64,000 nucleotides of DNA from Saccharolobus islandicus REY15A. GTDB taxonomy: Archaea; Thermoproteota; Thermoprotei_A; Sulfolobales; Sulfolobaceae. A program made the translations under genes and the position numbers. Positions 41,488 through 53,496 of the stretch are shown in pieces; positions within the stretch are counted from its first letter, which is position 1, and every line of letters begins with the position of its first letter. The notes below the pieces were generated by a model. It had not been told where the DNA came from. It saw only the letters and a program-made list of their open reading frames with translations, and searched no databases. The stretch lies in the NCBI RefSeq assembly GCF_000189555.1, contig NC_017276.1; one strand, given 5' to 3'.

Positions 41488-41544
41488 ACTATCAGACTCG
41501 ATAGTAATAAATTTAAAGTTACCCAATTATCGGTATCGATAGTA
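41487..41544. promoter_or_regulatory. Two candidate PadR operators flanking the TATA box
   Basis: TACTATC-N6-GATAGTA (41487-41506, perfect) and AATTATC-N6-GATAGTA (41525-41544). Confidence 0.6.
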
Positions 41545-41888
41545 ATCATTGCAACCCTCTAGGGTTGTCTTAATAATCTTTAATTAGTAAATTCTAAATT
41601 TACTATCTTGTATCATTTTCTGTTTTTCTTTTGTTTATAACTTTTATCAGAATATGGTAAATTCTATATACGCTGTTTATAGAGAATCAAGATTATATGA
41701 TAAACTATTTTGCTAAAAGCGAATTAGATTTGGAGACTAAAAAATCAAATTCCTTATTAGTTTACGTTGTGTATTCTTAAAGAAAGATTCTGTAATATTA
41801 ATCTTCATAAGGTTGGTTTTGAAATTGGATTCTTCTTAACCTAAAAAGTATTCTAGATAAACTTTAATAGCGTGGGTACCCAGGAGAT

Positions 41889-42083
41889 ATGGGTACCATA
41901 AAATTCATCTTCGGTAAACCAGTTGATGAACCTTTTGATAGGGAAAACGAGATAAGGCAACTAGTTGAAATGGCAAATAGAAGGCAACCAACTGCAATAA
42001 TCGGTGTGAGAAGGATAGGAAAGACTTCGGTAATATTGAAAGGTTTAAAAATGGTTGAGACTCCAAAAGTCTATCTCTCTGCA
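41889..42083 (+). pseudogene. Archaeal AAA+ ATPase N-terminal fragment
   Basis: FDRENE and GVRRIGKT Walker A; cut by an IS at 42084. Confidence 0.85.
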
Positions 42084-43093
42084 GTGCTTTGTGGGCTACT
42101 TCAATTTATTTCATAAACATGATATGATACACTGAGAATTTTTCAGCAAGTAATATTTATTTCAACGTTATTCGCAAGCTCACACCCTAATACCTGTAGC
42201 TTTACCGACTACAGAATTAGCCAAGTGGATCATCCACGCGTAAGCCCAGAACTTGGCCTCAACCACTTGTCCTAAAAAACTTGTAGCCCTAACAGATTCC
42301 CCAAAAGTTAACAGCAGAGAATAAGGACTCAATTCTCCACCTAACACCATAACCCTCCAACGATTATAACCCAATTTCTTGAACTCCCTTACAGCCTTCC
42401 TCCTAGCAGGATGACCATACCTAGTAGAAGCGTTCTTCCTAGGTGGGACACAACCTCAACCCCAGTCTTGTAAACCTCGTTGGCATCATAAGCCTTATCC
42501 CCATAAAACCTTCTTTCCCTTATCTTGTAAATCCTTAACCGTCTTAACTGCAGTCTCAACCTAGTTGCTAGTTACCTCAGCGTTTATCACGTTGAACTCG
42601 TCCTTATCCATTATTATCTCGATCTTGAGGAATTTTGAGTCTCTGGTTTTACCCCATTTTGCTATTGTCCTCCTTTGTTTGTGCTTATTCCCGTTGCGTC
42701 TGCTTCAAGTTGGTCATTTGCCTCTGGGAAGGTTATGTTCATGTTTCTTACTCTTTCCCATATTGTTGAGTAGTCTAGGCTTGTTGGGATGATTTTCAGT
42801 CTTTCTAATGCTCTCGATACTCCTTCTATGGCCCTATAAGGTAGGAAGATGTGGAGGAATGCTAGGAATTCGTTGAACTCCTTTGGTGCCTTGTAGGTTT
42901 TCTTGGCATTCCTATTCTCCTCTGCTAGTTGACTAGTGTTCGAAGACGTAGAAGGGGAACATTAGGGTATATCTCGTTATGACGTTCTCGTCGTATTTGC
43001 TCCAATCCCTCTTGTACTTACTCTTTCCCATGGGTAATACTTGACATAATTAGTTATAAATTTTTGTATAATGTGAAATAGCTCACAAAGCAC
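42084..43093 (-). mobile_element. IS5-family ISC1058-like element, transposase decayed
   Basis: ~20-bp TIRs GTGCTTTGTG(G/A)GCTA(C/T)TTCA. Transposase starts MGKSKYKRDWSKYDENV at 43032 and has frameshifts. No TSD. Confidence 0.8.
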
Positions 43094-43505
43094 CTTGGAC
43101 TTTCTTTCTTAAAATATACCATGAGCCTAATGCCTTAGCCCCTAAATTGCCTTCAGCATCTCTAAACTCTATCTCAACAACTATTACTGTACTGCCTTTC
43201 CTAAGAACCTTACCCTCAACTCTAAACGGCCCCTTATACATAGGCTCCAGAAAGTTAACCTTAAGTTCTTGTGTAACTTGATCTACACCATCATTAACAG
43301 TAAACGCTGCAAGACCTCCAGTGAAGTCAATCGCAGTCATTATTATTCCTCCGTGTAATACGTTGCCCCTTCTAGTTAATTCTTCCTTAAAAGGTATTTC
43401 AACTACTGCTCTACCTTGCTCTAGGAGAAGCACTTTAGCTCCTACATATCTGAAAACATGATCAGCATTTTTGAATATTTCCTCAATGATCTTAGGATCT
43501 TCCAT
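43083..43505 (-). CDS. PaaI-family thioesterase
   Basis: [11 protein letters not shown] hotdog-fold motif; likely start MEDPK. Confidence 0.9.
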   Translation of the reverse strand: MEDPKIIEEIFKNADHVFRYVGAKVLLLEQGRAVVEIPFKEELTRRGNVLHGGIIMTAIDFTGGLAAFTVNDGVDQVTQELKVNFLEPMYKGPFRVEGKVLRKGSTVIVVEIEFRDAEGNLGAKALGSWYILRKKVQGAL

Positions 43506-43924
43506 ACTAATAAAGAAGGGAGAACGATTTAAATAATTTGCGGATAAGATTATTCTATAGCTAGAAGAGTGTACCATAACTACAGTAAAGACAATTCTTA
43601 CGTTATTGATTCTCTTTAACTTCCCGAGATACCGGGCAATCTTAATTTTTAAGATCTACATAAATACTAAAATAGGATTTTTATATTACATTTATTACCT
43701 TTTTAAATTATCTTACATTAACACAGAGTATCCATTGAACGTTATCACCAATATCTTACTATAGAAAATCTCGCTATTTAGTCTCAATAAGCCCTTAATG
43801 CGATTAGCCTTTAATGCTCATTAATCCTAGGCAGACATCTTCTAAAACCATAATACCGTTTCGGATTTAGCTGATTCATTCAAGCTCTCTAAGTCTTTCT
43901 GAACGTATTCAGAGTGTGGACACA

Positions 43925-43962
43925 ATGTCATTATTAAGCTACAAATTCTAGAATTAACCTTC
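43925..43962. repeat. Isolated IS1 (ISC796-like) end remnant
   Basis: ATGTCATTATTAAGCTACAAATTCTAGAATTAACCTTC matches the end of the element at 60873. Confidence 0.65.
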
Positions 43963-44060
43963 TTATATAAAACATTTTAGTCAGATCTTTGTAATACAGA
44001 TCTAACTGGGTAAGGCCGTTAACCTTCTTGGGCATAAAGCCCGAATAAGGGTAAGTATAT

Positions 44061-44275
44061 ATGGAGGCCCCAGTTGTGGGAATAGATTTATCAAAAGATA
44101 AATTAATTATGTATTTTCAAGGCAAACACTACGAGTTTCCTAATTATAGGCAAGGGTTTGAGGAGATAAGGAAGATCTTGCATAAGGGTTGTAAAATAGG
44201 TATTGAAAGTACCGGAGTTTACCACATTAACCTAGCCAAGTACTTGATGGGTGAGTATGATGTTAGGATAGTATT
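44061..44275 (+). pseudogene. IS110-family recombinase N-terminal fragment
   Basis: VGIDLSKD and IESTGVYH (DEDD N-half); homology is lost after about codon 71. Confidence 0.85.
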
Positions 44276-44307
44276 TATTGGAAAAGCGTTGAATTCGATA
44301 ATTCCTA

Positions 44308-44442
44308 TGAATACCTACCTTAATATTTGCTATTATTTTAAAATAGATAGTATCGATCAACAATTTAGATATAAAAATATTATGATCATAGACATAGTCC
44401 TTTAAAAACTATGTAACCCTAGGATTTTACGCAAAACGTTAC
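44308..44442. repeat. Degenerate ~135-bp dispersed repeat, copy 1
   Basis: Aligns with 50889-51022; shared core CCTTTAAAAAxTAxxTAACCCTAGGAxTTTACGCAAAA. Confidence 0.6.
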
Positions 44443-44578
44443 TTGAAAACTTTTTAAAAATGTCCCAACAAAATATCGTGCGAATAAAAACCTCAGCAAC
44501 GATACATATTACCAAGCGTTAAGGGATACCATATTTCCTTACGTATACCTTTTAGCTATTTAGACCATTATTTGCAAA

Positions 44579-44949
44579 TCACCATTCCCACAGTCTACCC
44601 TTTCTCCTAAACCTCTTCCTAATTTTCTTATACCTCTCCAATACTTCTCTTTCAAATTCCTTCTCTCCGCACAGTATTTTTCCATCTTCTATAATCTCCA
44701 GAATAAAAGTTGAACCTTCATCCAGTTTCTTCAAAAAACCTGAGTATTCATTGCCACAGGCATTACTTGAGGAAATTTTAAATTATAGGCCATACCAAAG
44801 CTTTCTCTCGGATCTCTAGAGAATATATCGGAAACTACTAGAACGTCTATATCACTCTCACTAGTGTAATCTCCTCTGGCATAGGAGCCAAATAATATGA
44901 CCAGTTTTGGATTAAACTTAGAATAAATCTTACACAGTTCCTCTAACAA
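44579..44949 (-). pseudogene. MNT (minimal nucleotidyltransferase) antitoxin, frameshifted
   Basis: LFGSYARGD...SDIDV motif; a 1-nt shortfall in the T6 run (44733-44738) shifts off the tail LKKLDEGSTFILEII...WEW*. Confidence 0.85.
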
Positions 44950-45322
44950 TTCCCTCTACCCATGATAAAATCCTCTTACCGCAATTTAAACATCTATCTG
45001 CATCATCCTTGTTATAATAATCAGCAGGAGCACCTTGGTCATACGCATCGGGATAGCGAGAAGGGATATAATGCTTATCGAGCTCTTGAGCGCATTTCAA
45101 TATCTCACTGGGAATTTGGATAGAAGAGGATTGTAAAAGAAAGGTAATCTAATGTCCCCTTAGTTCTTTATGAAAATAACTTAGTAACGCTTTAACTGCT
45201 TTCGCGGCAGTCTGTTGAGACTCATAACAAGCTTCCTCGTAGAGCTCATTCTGATAATTAATCTCCGCCGATCTAAGATTTCTCTCAGCTTGTCTAAGCC
45301 AGTCATCAACTCTGCTTACCAT
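44930..45322 (-). pseudogene. HEPN domain protein with an internal TAG
   Basis: MVSRVDDWLRQAERNL...QQTAAKAVKALL...RGH*ITFLL...LDKHYIPSRYPD; TAG at 45149-45151. Confidence 0.85.
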
Positions 45323-45834
45323 AAAAAAGTGTGGTAACTTAACTTATTAAGTTCATGCCCGCTTAACCTCGATTAGTGCAACGGTTTCCTTTATTCCGGA
45401 TGTCATGTAGCTACTTCATATAATTTCATGATATTTAATATCATTCATCAACCTTGTATAAATCATAGGACGATTTTCTGTCTTATCAGTGAGATACTCC
45501 TTATTTCTGATCTCCCAAATGAAGATAATAGTTCAATATTGAAATTTAGTTTAAATCTTTAAAATTCCTTTAAATATGTTAATATATAGAAAATTTCTGG
45601 AAAAATTGTACATTTTTCTCTATATGGATAAATCTTTTCATAAATTAAATGGACTAATACTTTATATGATTTACTAATTAACAAAATTATTATATGTATT
45701 ACACTCCAAAAACGGCTTATTTTCCATTCGATACGATTTAATGAACATGGTTTTCATTCTTTTCCTTTTACCATAATATTTTTCTCCCATTTTATGATAG
45801 CTTAATAAGTGGTATCTAGATTATAATTAGGGTA

Positions 45835-46300
45835 CCGCTTTTTATTGAGCTGGAAAAGAGTTGAAATTTTTAGAGGAATAGGTATAGAGAATAAGGCTCA
45901 ATTAATAATAATTTACGGGAGGAAGATTGGAAAGACCGAGATCATTAAACAGTTTATTAAAGGGAAAAAGCGATTTAACATTTGTGTACTTCTGAAGGTT
46001 TGACAAGTAACGTTAATAGGCTTAAAGAAGAATTAGTGTCATTTACCGGAAAGGCCTATTTTAAGCCACTAAATGTCAGCCTAGACGAACTTTTGATTTA
46101 CTTTGTCGATGAGATTATAGAGAAGGTTATTTTATCAATAGACTAAGTTCAGTATTTAATTGAAAGTGAGAGAAGTGTCACCTAGCTAATTCAGAGAGTT
46201 TGGGATTGAGAAATTAAAGGATAGTAAAATTTTCTTGATTCTCACTGGTTCAAGTATCGGTATGATGGAGAATGAGGTTTTATCCAGCAAATATCCTTGT
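45835..46300 (+). pseudogene. Decayed archaeal AAA+ ATPase
   Basis: Fragments IIIYGR.IGKTEIIKQF and LILTGSSIGMMENEVLSSK, with stops and frameshifts. Boundaries approximate. Confidence 0.7.
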
Positions 46301-46451
46301 ATTAGAGCATCAGTTTGAAAAATTTGAAATTAATATATTAATTCTGAGAAATTCATTTTATATTATATTATTTTTCGGAAATAAATTGAACATATTACTA
46401 AAGCACACTGAAGGAAAAGGATTTTAACTTGTGTAAACAATATCCCCTATA

Positions 46452-46712
46452 ATGAGTTGGAAATTAAAAGACCTTAAGGGGTTATCAGCTCCTACTGACG
46501 TTAAAATGTGTACAGTAGATGATGTAGTAAGACAATTAAAAGATAAATACAAGATAGATGTTCAGATCTTAACTAAAATAGCCAATGATGTTCTGGTTAA
46601 ACATCTTACAGAAAAGAAGATAACAATAGAAGATATAAAAAAGAATTATAGTAATGTTAAAGATATTGACAATATTATAGAGGATATCTTAAGATTGTCT
46701 GGCAAGTTGTAA
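46452..46712 (+). CDS. Small hypothetical protein
   Basis: 86-aa ORF with an upstream TTTTAA TATA-like element; no family recognised. Confidence 0.6.
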   Translation: MSWKLKDLKGLSAPTDVKMCTVDDVVRQLKDKYKIDVQILTKIANDVLVKHLTEKKITIEDIKKNYSNVKDIDNIIEDILRLSGKL

Positions 46713-47090
46713 TTTTTGGCCTATACTTTTTAGAATCTCCTCACTTTCTGGGAACCTTTTTTCTATATATCTAGAAAATACTAGCTCATCATTAACATAT
46801 ATATCTAGTATTCCCCTATCACCTTGAACTAGTTCAACATTGACCTCCTCAAAATAGGATAGAATATCTCTTGCCAGATTTAACGCCCTATCCATATATT
46901 TGCAAGGCCTGCAGTAAACGATCTTAACGTCAATTTTCTTATTCAGATCAGCTGGTGAGACGTATTTAGTTAGATTCTTCTTAAACTCATCTAGACATCC
47001 TTTAGAACAGAAGTAATAGGTTATACCCCTATAGTTTATCCTATAAGGCGTAGTGTTCTCAACTTCCATTTTACAAACGGGATCTTGCAT
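46689..47090 (-). CDS. YHS/TRASH metal-binding domain fused to an Rdx (SelT/SelW-like) domain
   Basis: DPVCKM...YYFCSKGC followed in frame by IVYCRPC...FSRYIEKRFP. Confidence 0.8.
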   Translation of the reverse strand: MQDPVCKMEVENTTPYRINYRGITYYFCSKGCLDEFKKNLTKYVSPADLNKKIDVKIVYCRPCKYMDRALNLARDILSYFEEVNVELVQGDRGILDIYVNDELVFSRYIEKRFPESEEILKSIGQKLQLARQS

Positions 47091-47434
47091 AAAATAAGGA
47101 AGTATCAGTAAATTATAAAACTTTCCCAAAATACTTTCAACTTCCTTAATGTACTTATGTTAATAATCAACTTATAATTTCAATATATGTGATTTGTGGA
47201 TTGCTTCAATTTTTATCAAAGTAACGCTAAACTTATTTTTAATCTAAGGCTTGATTTTTAATTTAATAAAATTTAACGAGCTTGACGCCTAAGAAAATCG
47301 AAGAATTCACAAAGCACAATATATAAACTAGTTTCCTATAAAACGGAATTAGAGTTAAGAAAGCGTAATTATAAGGAAAAATATAAACCATCTTGAATTT
47401 AAGGTTTATAATAATCCTCAACAAGTTTATTATT

Positions 47435-48658
<1,224 letters not shown>

Positions 48659-48762
48659 CCCTTTTTCTTTCGGATAAGTAGTTTAGTGGTTAAAAGTTAA
48701 ACTTTTTACTTAACTATCTAACTTCTCCCCATGTCATCCAGTACACCATTTCTCTTTATAAA

Positions 48763-48945
48763 ATGGATTGATTCCAGTTGCTATAGTTTTGGGCTTTCAT
48801 ACCCTTCTAACTAAACTTATTACAGTTTACTCCTCACCGATGATAGTTAGTGGAGTTAGGGTTACTATAGGTAGCGTATTTTTCATACTATTAGGCAATG
48901 GGCTTTCAATAGGTGTCAAACAATTCATTAACGGTTTGTTTGATT
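48763..48945 (+). pseudogene. EamA/DMT transporter N-terminal fragment
   Basis: Hydrophobic run ...SSPMIVSGVRVTIGS... that is abruptly truncated. Confidence 0.55.
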
Positions 48946-49219
48946 GGTAATCCTCTGCGTAACATCTTTTCACTTTCAGCCCTCTCTTCTCAGCTATCGG
49001 ACCCATTTCGGAAGGTTCTACGCAGTCCTTTATTCCAATCCCCTTGTCTTTTAGAATATATTCGAAAAGACCGCTCCCACAACTTACACTCAAGATATTC
49101 TTTCCCTTCTCTTCTTTCAGCATCTCTTCTATCAGAAGAGCTTTGGAGAATAGTGCGTTTTGATTTTTCATAAACCAAGAATCATATTCCTCTGCGTGTT
49201 TATCGAAAGCCGCTCCCAT
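48946..49219 (-). pseudogene. Class I SAM-dependent methyltransferase N-terminal fragment
   Basis: FDKHAEEYDSWF, LSVSCGSG and VEPS; ends at a junction with the convergent fragment. Confidence 0.8.
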
Positions 49220-49335
49220 AATATAAGTTACTTATAATCTAACTTATAATTCTTAACATAGGCTATCCTACTTTTTAGGAGCGTAAATAGCATTAACCTA
49301 CTAATTTTTTAAAATTGCCAAAGTAAGTAATACCT

Positions 49336-50301
49336 ATGAATAAGCTAATTCCCATATTAGTCGTGGTAATAATCATACTTGGTATAATTGCGTTTCTAGA
49401 ATTTGGCAAGTTCCAACAAAATACTAGTTTAACTAAAAGCACTAGTATTTACGCCTTGTTCCCTGGTCGTAATCACTCTTTCAATATAGTTGCGAACTAT
49501 TCCGGTAATTATGCAGATGCTTTAGTAATAGTGAACTCGTCTACAAATGCTACTCTGATGGCTTCACCCTTTTTATGGAATATAGGATATGCTTTAGGAA
49601 ACGTTAACATGACGTTTAATAATTATTTACACGTAGCGATAAATCTATCTCAAATAAACAAGATTTCCTTAAACGTGGTGGATGGTTATCCAGGTTTAAT
49701 GTACGGTCAAGAATTGTGGTGGCCATTCGAGTATAGGACAGCTCAACTTAAGTCCCTATCCTTGCCTATGATTGTTTCACAGTTACCAAACTTCTACTCA
49801 ATTCTTAATTACTCCGTTTACCTCATTAATGGAAGTATTGACGATTTCTCCTATGATATTTGGCTTTCCCAAAATCCCAACGTAACCTCTTTACAATATG
49901 GCGATTTTGAAGTGATGATTTGGATGTATTGGAGCGAAAACTTGTCCCATGTTCCATATTTCATATATGTCGGCAACATGACAATCCCAACACTTATAAA
50001 TGGTAAGATCGAGAACTTGAGTTGGGAAGTATACGTATTGCCTAGAACTGGTTCGGCCAACGGTTGGACTGGAGTTTACTTTTTGTCACCCTTAAAAGAA
50101 CGCGAAGCGGAATTTGGAGTGCCTATAGCTTATATATTGAAAAACATGGGCCAATTTATTGAGAACGCAGGGATGAATGTATATAATCCAAATACGTACT
50201 ATTTAGATGCCATACAAGTTGGCATGGAGTTCAGTGATAATCACGGTACTGCAATAATGGGTTACTATTTGTATTCATGGCGAATATGGCTACTCTCCTA
50301 A
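49336..50301 (+). CDS. GH12 endo-1,4-beta-glucanase, membrane-anchored
   Basis: N-terminal anchor, GYP, YDIW, FEVMIW (nucleophile Glu) and GMEF (acid/base Glu). Confidence 0.9.
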   Translation: MNKLIPILVVVIIILGIIAFLEFGKFQQNTSLTKSTSIYALFPGRNHSFNIVANYSGNYADALVIVNSSTNATLMASPFLWNIGYALGNVNMTFNNYLHVAINLSQINKISLNVVDGYPGLMYGQELWWPFEYRTAQLKSLSLPMIVSQLPNFYSILNYSVYLINGSIDDFSYDIWLSQNPNVTSLQYGDFEVMIWMYWSENLSHVPYFIYVGNMTIPTLINGKIENLSWEVYVLPRTGSANGWTGVYFLSPLKEREAEFGVPIAYILKNMGQFIENAGMNVYNPNTYYLDAIQVGMEFSDNHGTAIMGYYLYSWRIWLLS

Positions 50302-50703
50302 GATCTCAACTGTGATATGTCTCTCGCTCCTAGGTCCATCTAACTCAACTAGGAATATGTTTTGCCACGTTCCTCTAACTAATTTACCATCTCTAACTGG
50401 GAACACTCTTTCCGCACCTAGGAAAGTTGCACCTAGATGGGCGTGTGCGTTATCATCAATTAGATTATGTTTCCAACCTCGTGAAGGTTCCGTGAACTCC
50501 TTTATCTTAGTTAAAATGTCTTCCATTAGTCCTCTTTCGTGTTCATTAGCGACTATAGCTGCAGTTGAATGTGCTACAAAAATTAGACAGATTCCATTCT
50601 TTACACCGCTCTTTCCTACAATTTCCTCAACTTGATCAGTAATGTCAACTAATTCAAACTGTCTTGTTGTAGAGACGCGTATATCCTCGAAGTACACCTT
50701 CAT
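50290..50703 (-). CDS. yjbQ: YjbQ/UPF0047 family protein
   Basis: HSTA, NAHAH and [15 protein letters not shown] motifs. Confidence 0.95.
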   Translation of the reverse strand: MKVYFEDIRVSTTRQFELVDITDQVEEIVGKSGVKNGICLIFVAHSTAAIVANEHERGLMEDILTKIKEFTEPSRGWKHNLIDDNAHAHLGATFLGAERVFPVRDGKLVRGTWQNIFLVELDGPRSERHITVEILGE

Positions 50704-50744
50704 TTTTTACCACAAATTATAATCATATCATAGGGATAAAAAGT

Positions 50745-50882
50745 TTGAGAGAGATTTCCATTGAATGGAGTGGTAAGATACTGGTGCTATCTGATATTCA
50801 TTATCCCCATTGTGATATTGAAGAGATAAACAAAATAATGCTATCCGAGAAGTCTTCCCTTACGATCCTTTTAGGGGTATAA
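50745..50882 (+). pseudogene. Calcineurin-like metallophosphoesterase N-terminal fragment
   Basis: [11 protein letters not shown]...ILLG, stopping just before the expected GD motif. Confidence 0.75.
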
Positions 50883-50888
50883 TTACTG

Positions 50889-51022
50889 TGAATGCTTAAC
50901 GTAACATTTGCTGTCGCTTTAAGACAAATAACAAGATTTAACAATTTTAATATAAAATATTATAAGCGTAAACACAGTTCCTTTAAAAAGTATTTAACCC
51001 TAGGAATTTACGCAAAATGCTA
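50889..51022. repeat. Degenerate ~135-bp dispersed repeat, copy 2
   Basis: Direct-orientation homolog of 44308-44442. Confidence 0.6.
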
Positions 51023-51435
51023 ATCTAATAGTTGTTGCTCTGCAAGTTTAAAATTGTCTCTCATTCCCCCATTTATTACGGGGTTTTTGATTGAGAGTAA
51101 AGTTTAAAGATTCTGATATCGAATTCAATATCAATGATAAAAATGTTTAGGATGTGGATATCATGCATTAAATGAGTTATCAAAAGGTAGGAAAAGTATA
51201 GATAAATTAAAGAAGACTCTACCACTATATGGCTGTGCTTTCGATTTAGTAATCAGCGCTTTGCTGTAATCTGGATTAACTAAAAGGACTGTTGAGGGAA
51301 ATATGGAATATTTAGAAATAACTGATTTCGGTAGAGCTTGCTTATCGTATCCTGCTGGTTGGCATTTCCATCATGGACTTTATCATTTCAGATGGTGGTA
51401 AAGTTTTTCTTTTTTCTTTCTTATTTGCAACGACA

Positions 51436-52167
51436 ATGACTAGATATAAGCTATCCGCTGAAGTTTCCTTTTCTAGGCCTAGTGAAGTAAAGGGCAAGCT
51501 TTATATGATTCCTTATAAGGACTATGGGCAAAAGGTCCTTTATTTTGATATCGATTATCCCTCATTTTGCAAGGTTAGTGTAAATCAAGATAGATTTAGA
51601 AATGAGTATTTATCCTTTGACTGTAATCCCTCTGGCTATTTTTCAATTAGTATCAATTATGAGGTCGAAATTTATTCTTTCTCAAAATTTGAGAATGAGG
51701 AGAATGTTTTTCTCTCTTCAAGCAAATATGTCAATATTGATAAGTTTAGGAGGTTTAACATACCATATTCCTCACTTGATGACCTCCTAAATAAAGTTAC
51801 GAGTTTTGTTAGGGGTAGTATTAAGTACGATAAAAACAATAGTAGCGTTAAATCGGCATTTGGCTCCTTAATTATGGGTTCTGGAGTTTGTGTAAACTAT
51901 AGCCACGTTACAATAGGAATTCTAAGAGCATTGGGAATCCCTGCTAGGTACGTTGTGGGTTTAATTCCATATTCTACTAAGGAAGCTCACGCATGGGTTG
52001 AGGTTAAGGTTAACGATGTGTGGTTTCCTGTTGATCCCACTAATGCCACTAAAGGAATACAGTATTTGAAATGGGCTATTGGGAGGGATGACGCTGATGT
52101 TAGGAGTAAGATCTGGTATCGCAAACCCACAAGTTTTGACTTCTCTTTTAACTGGTATTTCAGATAA
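51436..52167 (+). CDS. Transglutaminase-like domain protein
   Basis: GVCVNY, HAWVEV and VDPT Cys-His-Asp triad; start uncertain (51373 or 51436). Confidence 0.9.
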   Translation: MTRYKLSAEVSFSRPSEVKGKLYMIPYKDYGQKVLYFDIDYPSFCKVSVNQDRFRNEYLSFDCNPSGYFSISINYEVEIYSFSKFENEENVFLSSSKYVNIDKFRRFNIPYSSLDDLLNKVTSFVRGSIKYDKNNSSVKSAFGSLIMGSGVCVNYSHVTIGILRALGIPARYVVGLIPYSTKEAHAWVEVKVNDVWFPVDPTNATKGIQYLKWAIGRDDADVRSKIWYRKPTSFDFSFNWYFR

Positions 52168-52210
52168 TATGTTCATATGGGAAAATATTTTTACAGAAAA
52201 AGGAGGTTAA

Positions 52211-52531
52211 GGGGCGGAAAACCTCACCAGCGGGGATGGATAACCCCCTTATATTTAAATAATCCTTTTTTCTGAAATTCTTTTAGTGATGTTAATGATG
52301 CTCCTTCCCAGCTCGATTAAGGGCTTAATGGGACTGTGGGAGGAGCATCTAGTATCTCTTCCCTTTAAGGGACTAGACGTTATGGATGAAAGTCCCCTTC
52401 TATTCAGATGGGAGTGGATCTCTGATCCACTCGACTGCTCACCAGATGAGAGATGTAAACCCGAATTGATGGTGGGAACGATGATCCCTCTTGAGGGGAA
52501 CCATCGCCCTTCCAGGGTAGGGATGAATCAG
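52211..52531 (+). mobile_element. SMN1-like non-autonomous IS200/IS605 derivative (321 bp)
   Basis: Follows GTTAA; left end homologous to 1442-1470 (GGGGATGGATAxxCCCCTTATATTTAAATAAT); hairpin right end finishing TCAG. The 321-bp length matches SMN1 as recalled. Confidence 0.75.
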
Positions 52532-52744
52532 TCTCAATATCAGCTAGCAATTTTAAGTGCTACAATATTAGGTACTAATTATTCAACGAATAGTATTACG
52601 CCTAATCAGCTTTCTTTAGGCTATAACGCTATTAAAATCGATTTCAAAACTTCATTCACTTTTGTATCTGGTAACATTTACGTTATACAACTAACTTTAT
52701 CAAATGGACAAACTTTAAACATTAGTGTGGTATATCAGCCTTAA
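52532..52744 (+). pseudogene. C-terminal domain of a Sulfolobales DUF973/pilin-like surface protein
   Basis: ...FVSGNIYVIQLTLSNGQTLNISVVYQP*; the 5' part is missing. Confidence 0.55.
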
Positions 52745-52866
52745 AGAAATTTAAAAATTTCTTAACTAATATTTTTATAAATTATTCTATATAATCTAAT
52801 GTTTTTAATTATCAACTAGAAAGTAATAAATATTTAGAATTTTGATAATTAACTTTTTTCTTGAAG

Positions 52867-52944
52867 TTGCAAAATTGTTAATTATAAGAAGATAAGAGTT
52901 TAATTTATGCAATGAATCAATGGATAATCTTGTAATTTTTACAA
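52867..52944. promoter_or_regulatory. Three Ss-LrpB-type boxes (autoregulation)
   Basis: TTGCAAAATTGTTAA (52867), GTTTAATTTATGCAA (52898) and TTGTAATTTTTACAA (52930), spaced 31 and 32 bp. Confidence 0.85.
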
Positions 52945-52978
52945 TAATCCTTATATGTTTGATAATGTATAATATATA

Positions 52979-53446
52979 TTGATGGGAGTTAATATAATGA
53001 GACTTGACGATACTGATGAAAAAATACTTGAGATCTTACGCTATAATGCTAAAAAGAGTTTAAAAGAGTTATCGGACGAACTGGGAATACCTATAAGTAC
53101 CGTGAGGTATAGGATAAAGAGACTGGAAGACGCTCAAATAATAAGAGGATATGTAGCCATAATAGACAGAGTGAACCTAGGTTTAAATGTTTCATTAGTC
53201 ATGGAAATAGAGACAGTGCCTTATTCCATAAAAAAGGTAGCTCAAGAACTAGGTGAAATACCAGAAGTGGTGAGAATATATGGTTTAGATAATGGGCCTA
53301 GATTACACGTACATATGATCTTTAAAGATGATGCAAGGGCACATCAATTTATAGCCAATAAATTGTACAATATTAAGGGAATTAAGACTGTTTCCATTTC
53401 AAGAATAATTGAGAGATATAAGATAGACCCCTCGGTATTGCTATGA
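52979..53446 (+). CDS. lrpB: Lrp/AsnC regulator, Ss-LrpB ortholog
   Basis: LDDTDEKIL...STVRYRIKRLE HTH plus RAM domain, adjacent to the por-like operon and permeases. Confidence 0.9.
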   Translation: MMGVNIMRLDDTDEKILEILRYNAKKSLKELSDELGIPISTVRYRIKRLEDAQIIRGYVAIIDRVNLGLNVSLVMEIETVPYSIKKVAQELGEIPEVVRIYGLDNGPRLHVHMIFKDDARAHQFIANKLYNIKGIKTVSISRIIERYKIDPSVLL

Positions 53447-53496
53447 GAAAATCGGAGTAGCAAGAGGAAAAAGATATCCCTTTCTTTTCTTTATTA

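Noticed and set aside
43990-44275. Functional IS110 bridge-RNA system
   Set aside because: Only about 70 codons of the recombinase remain, and no right end or clear ncRNA is identifiable.
45149-45151. TAG recoding (pyrrolysine) in HEPN
   Set aside because: Sulfolobales are not known to have Pyl machinery, and the partner gene is also broken; a simple nonsense mutation is more likely.
46689-47090. Selenoprotein
   Set aside because: The motif is CRPC with no in-frame TGA.
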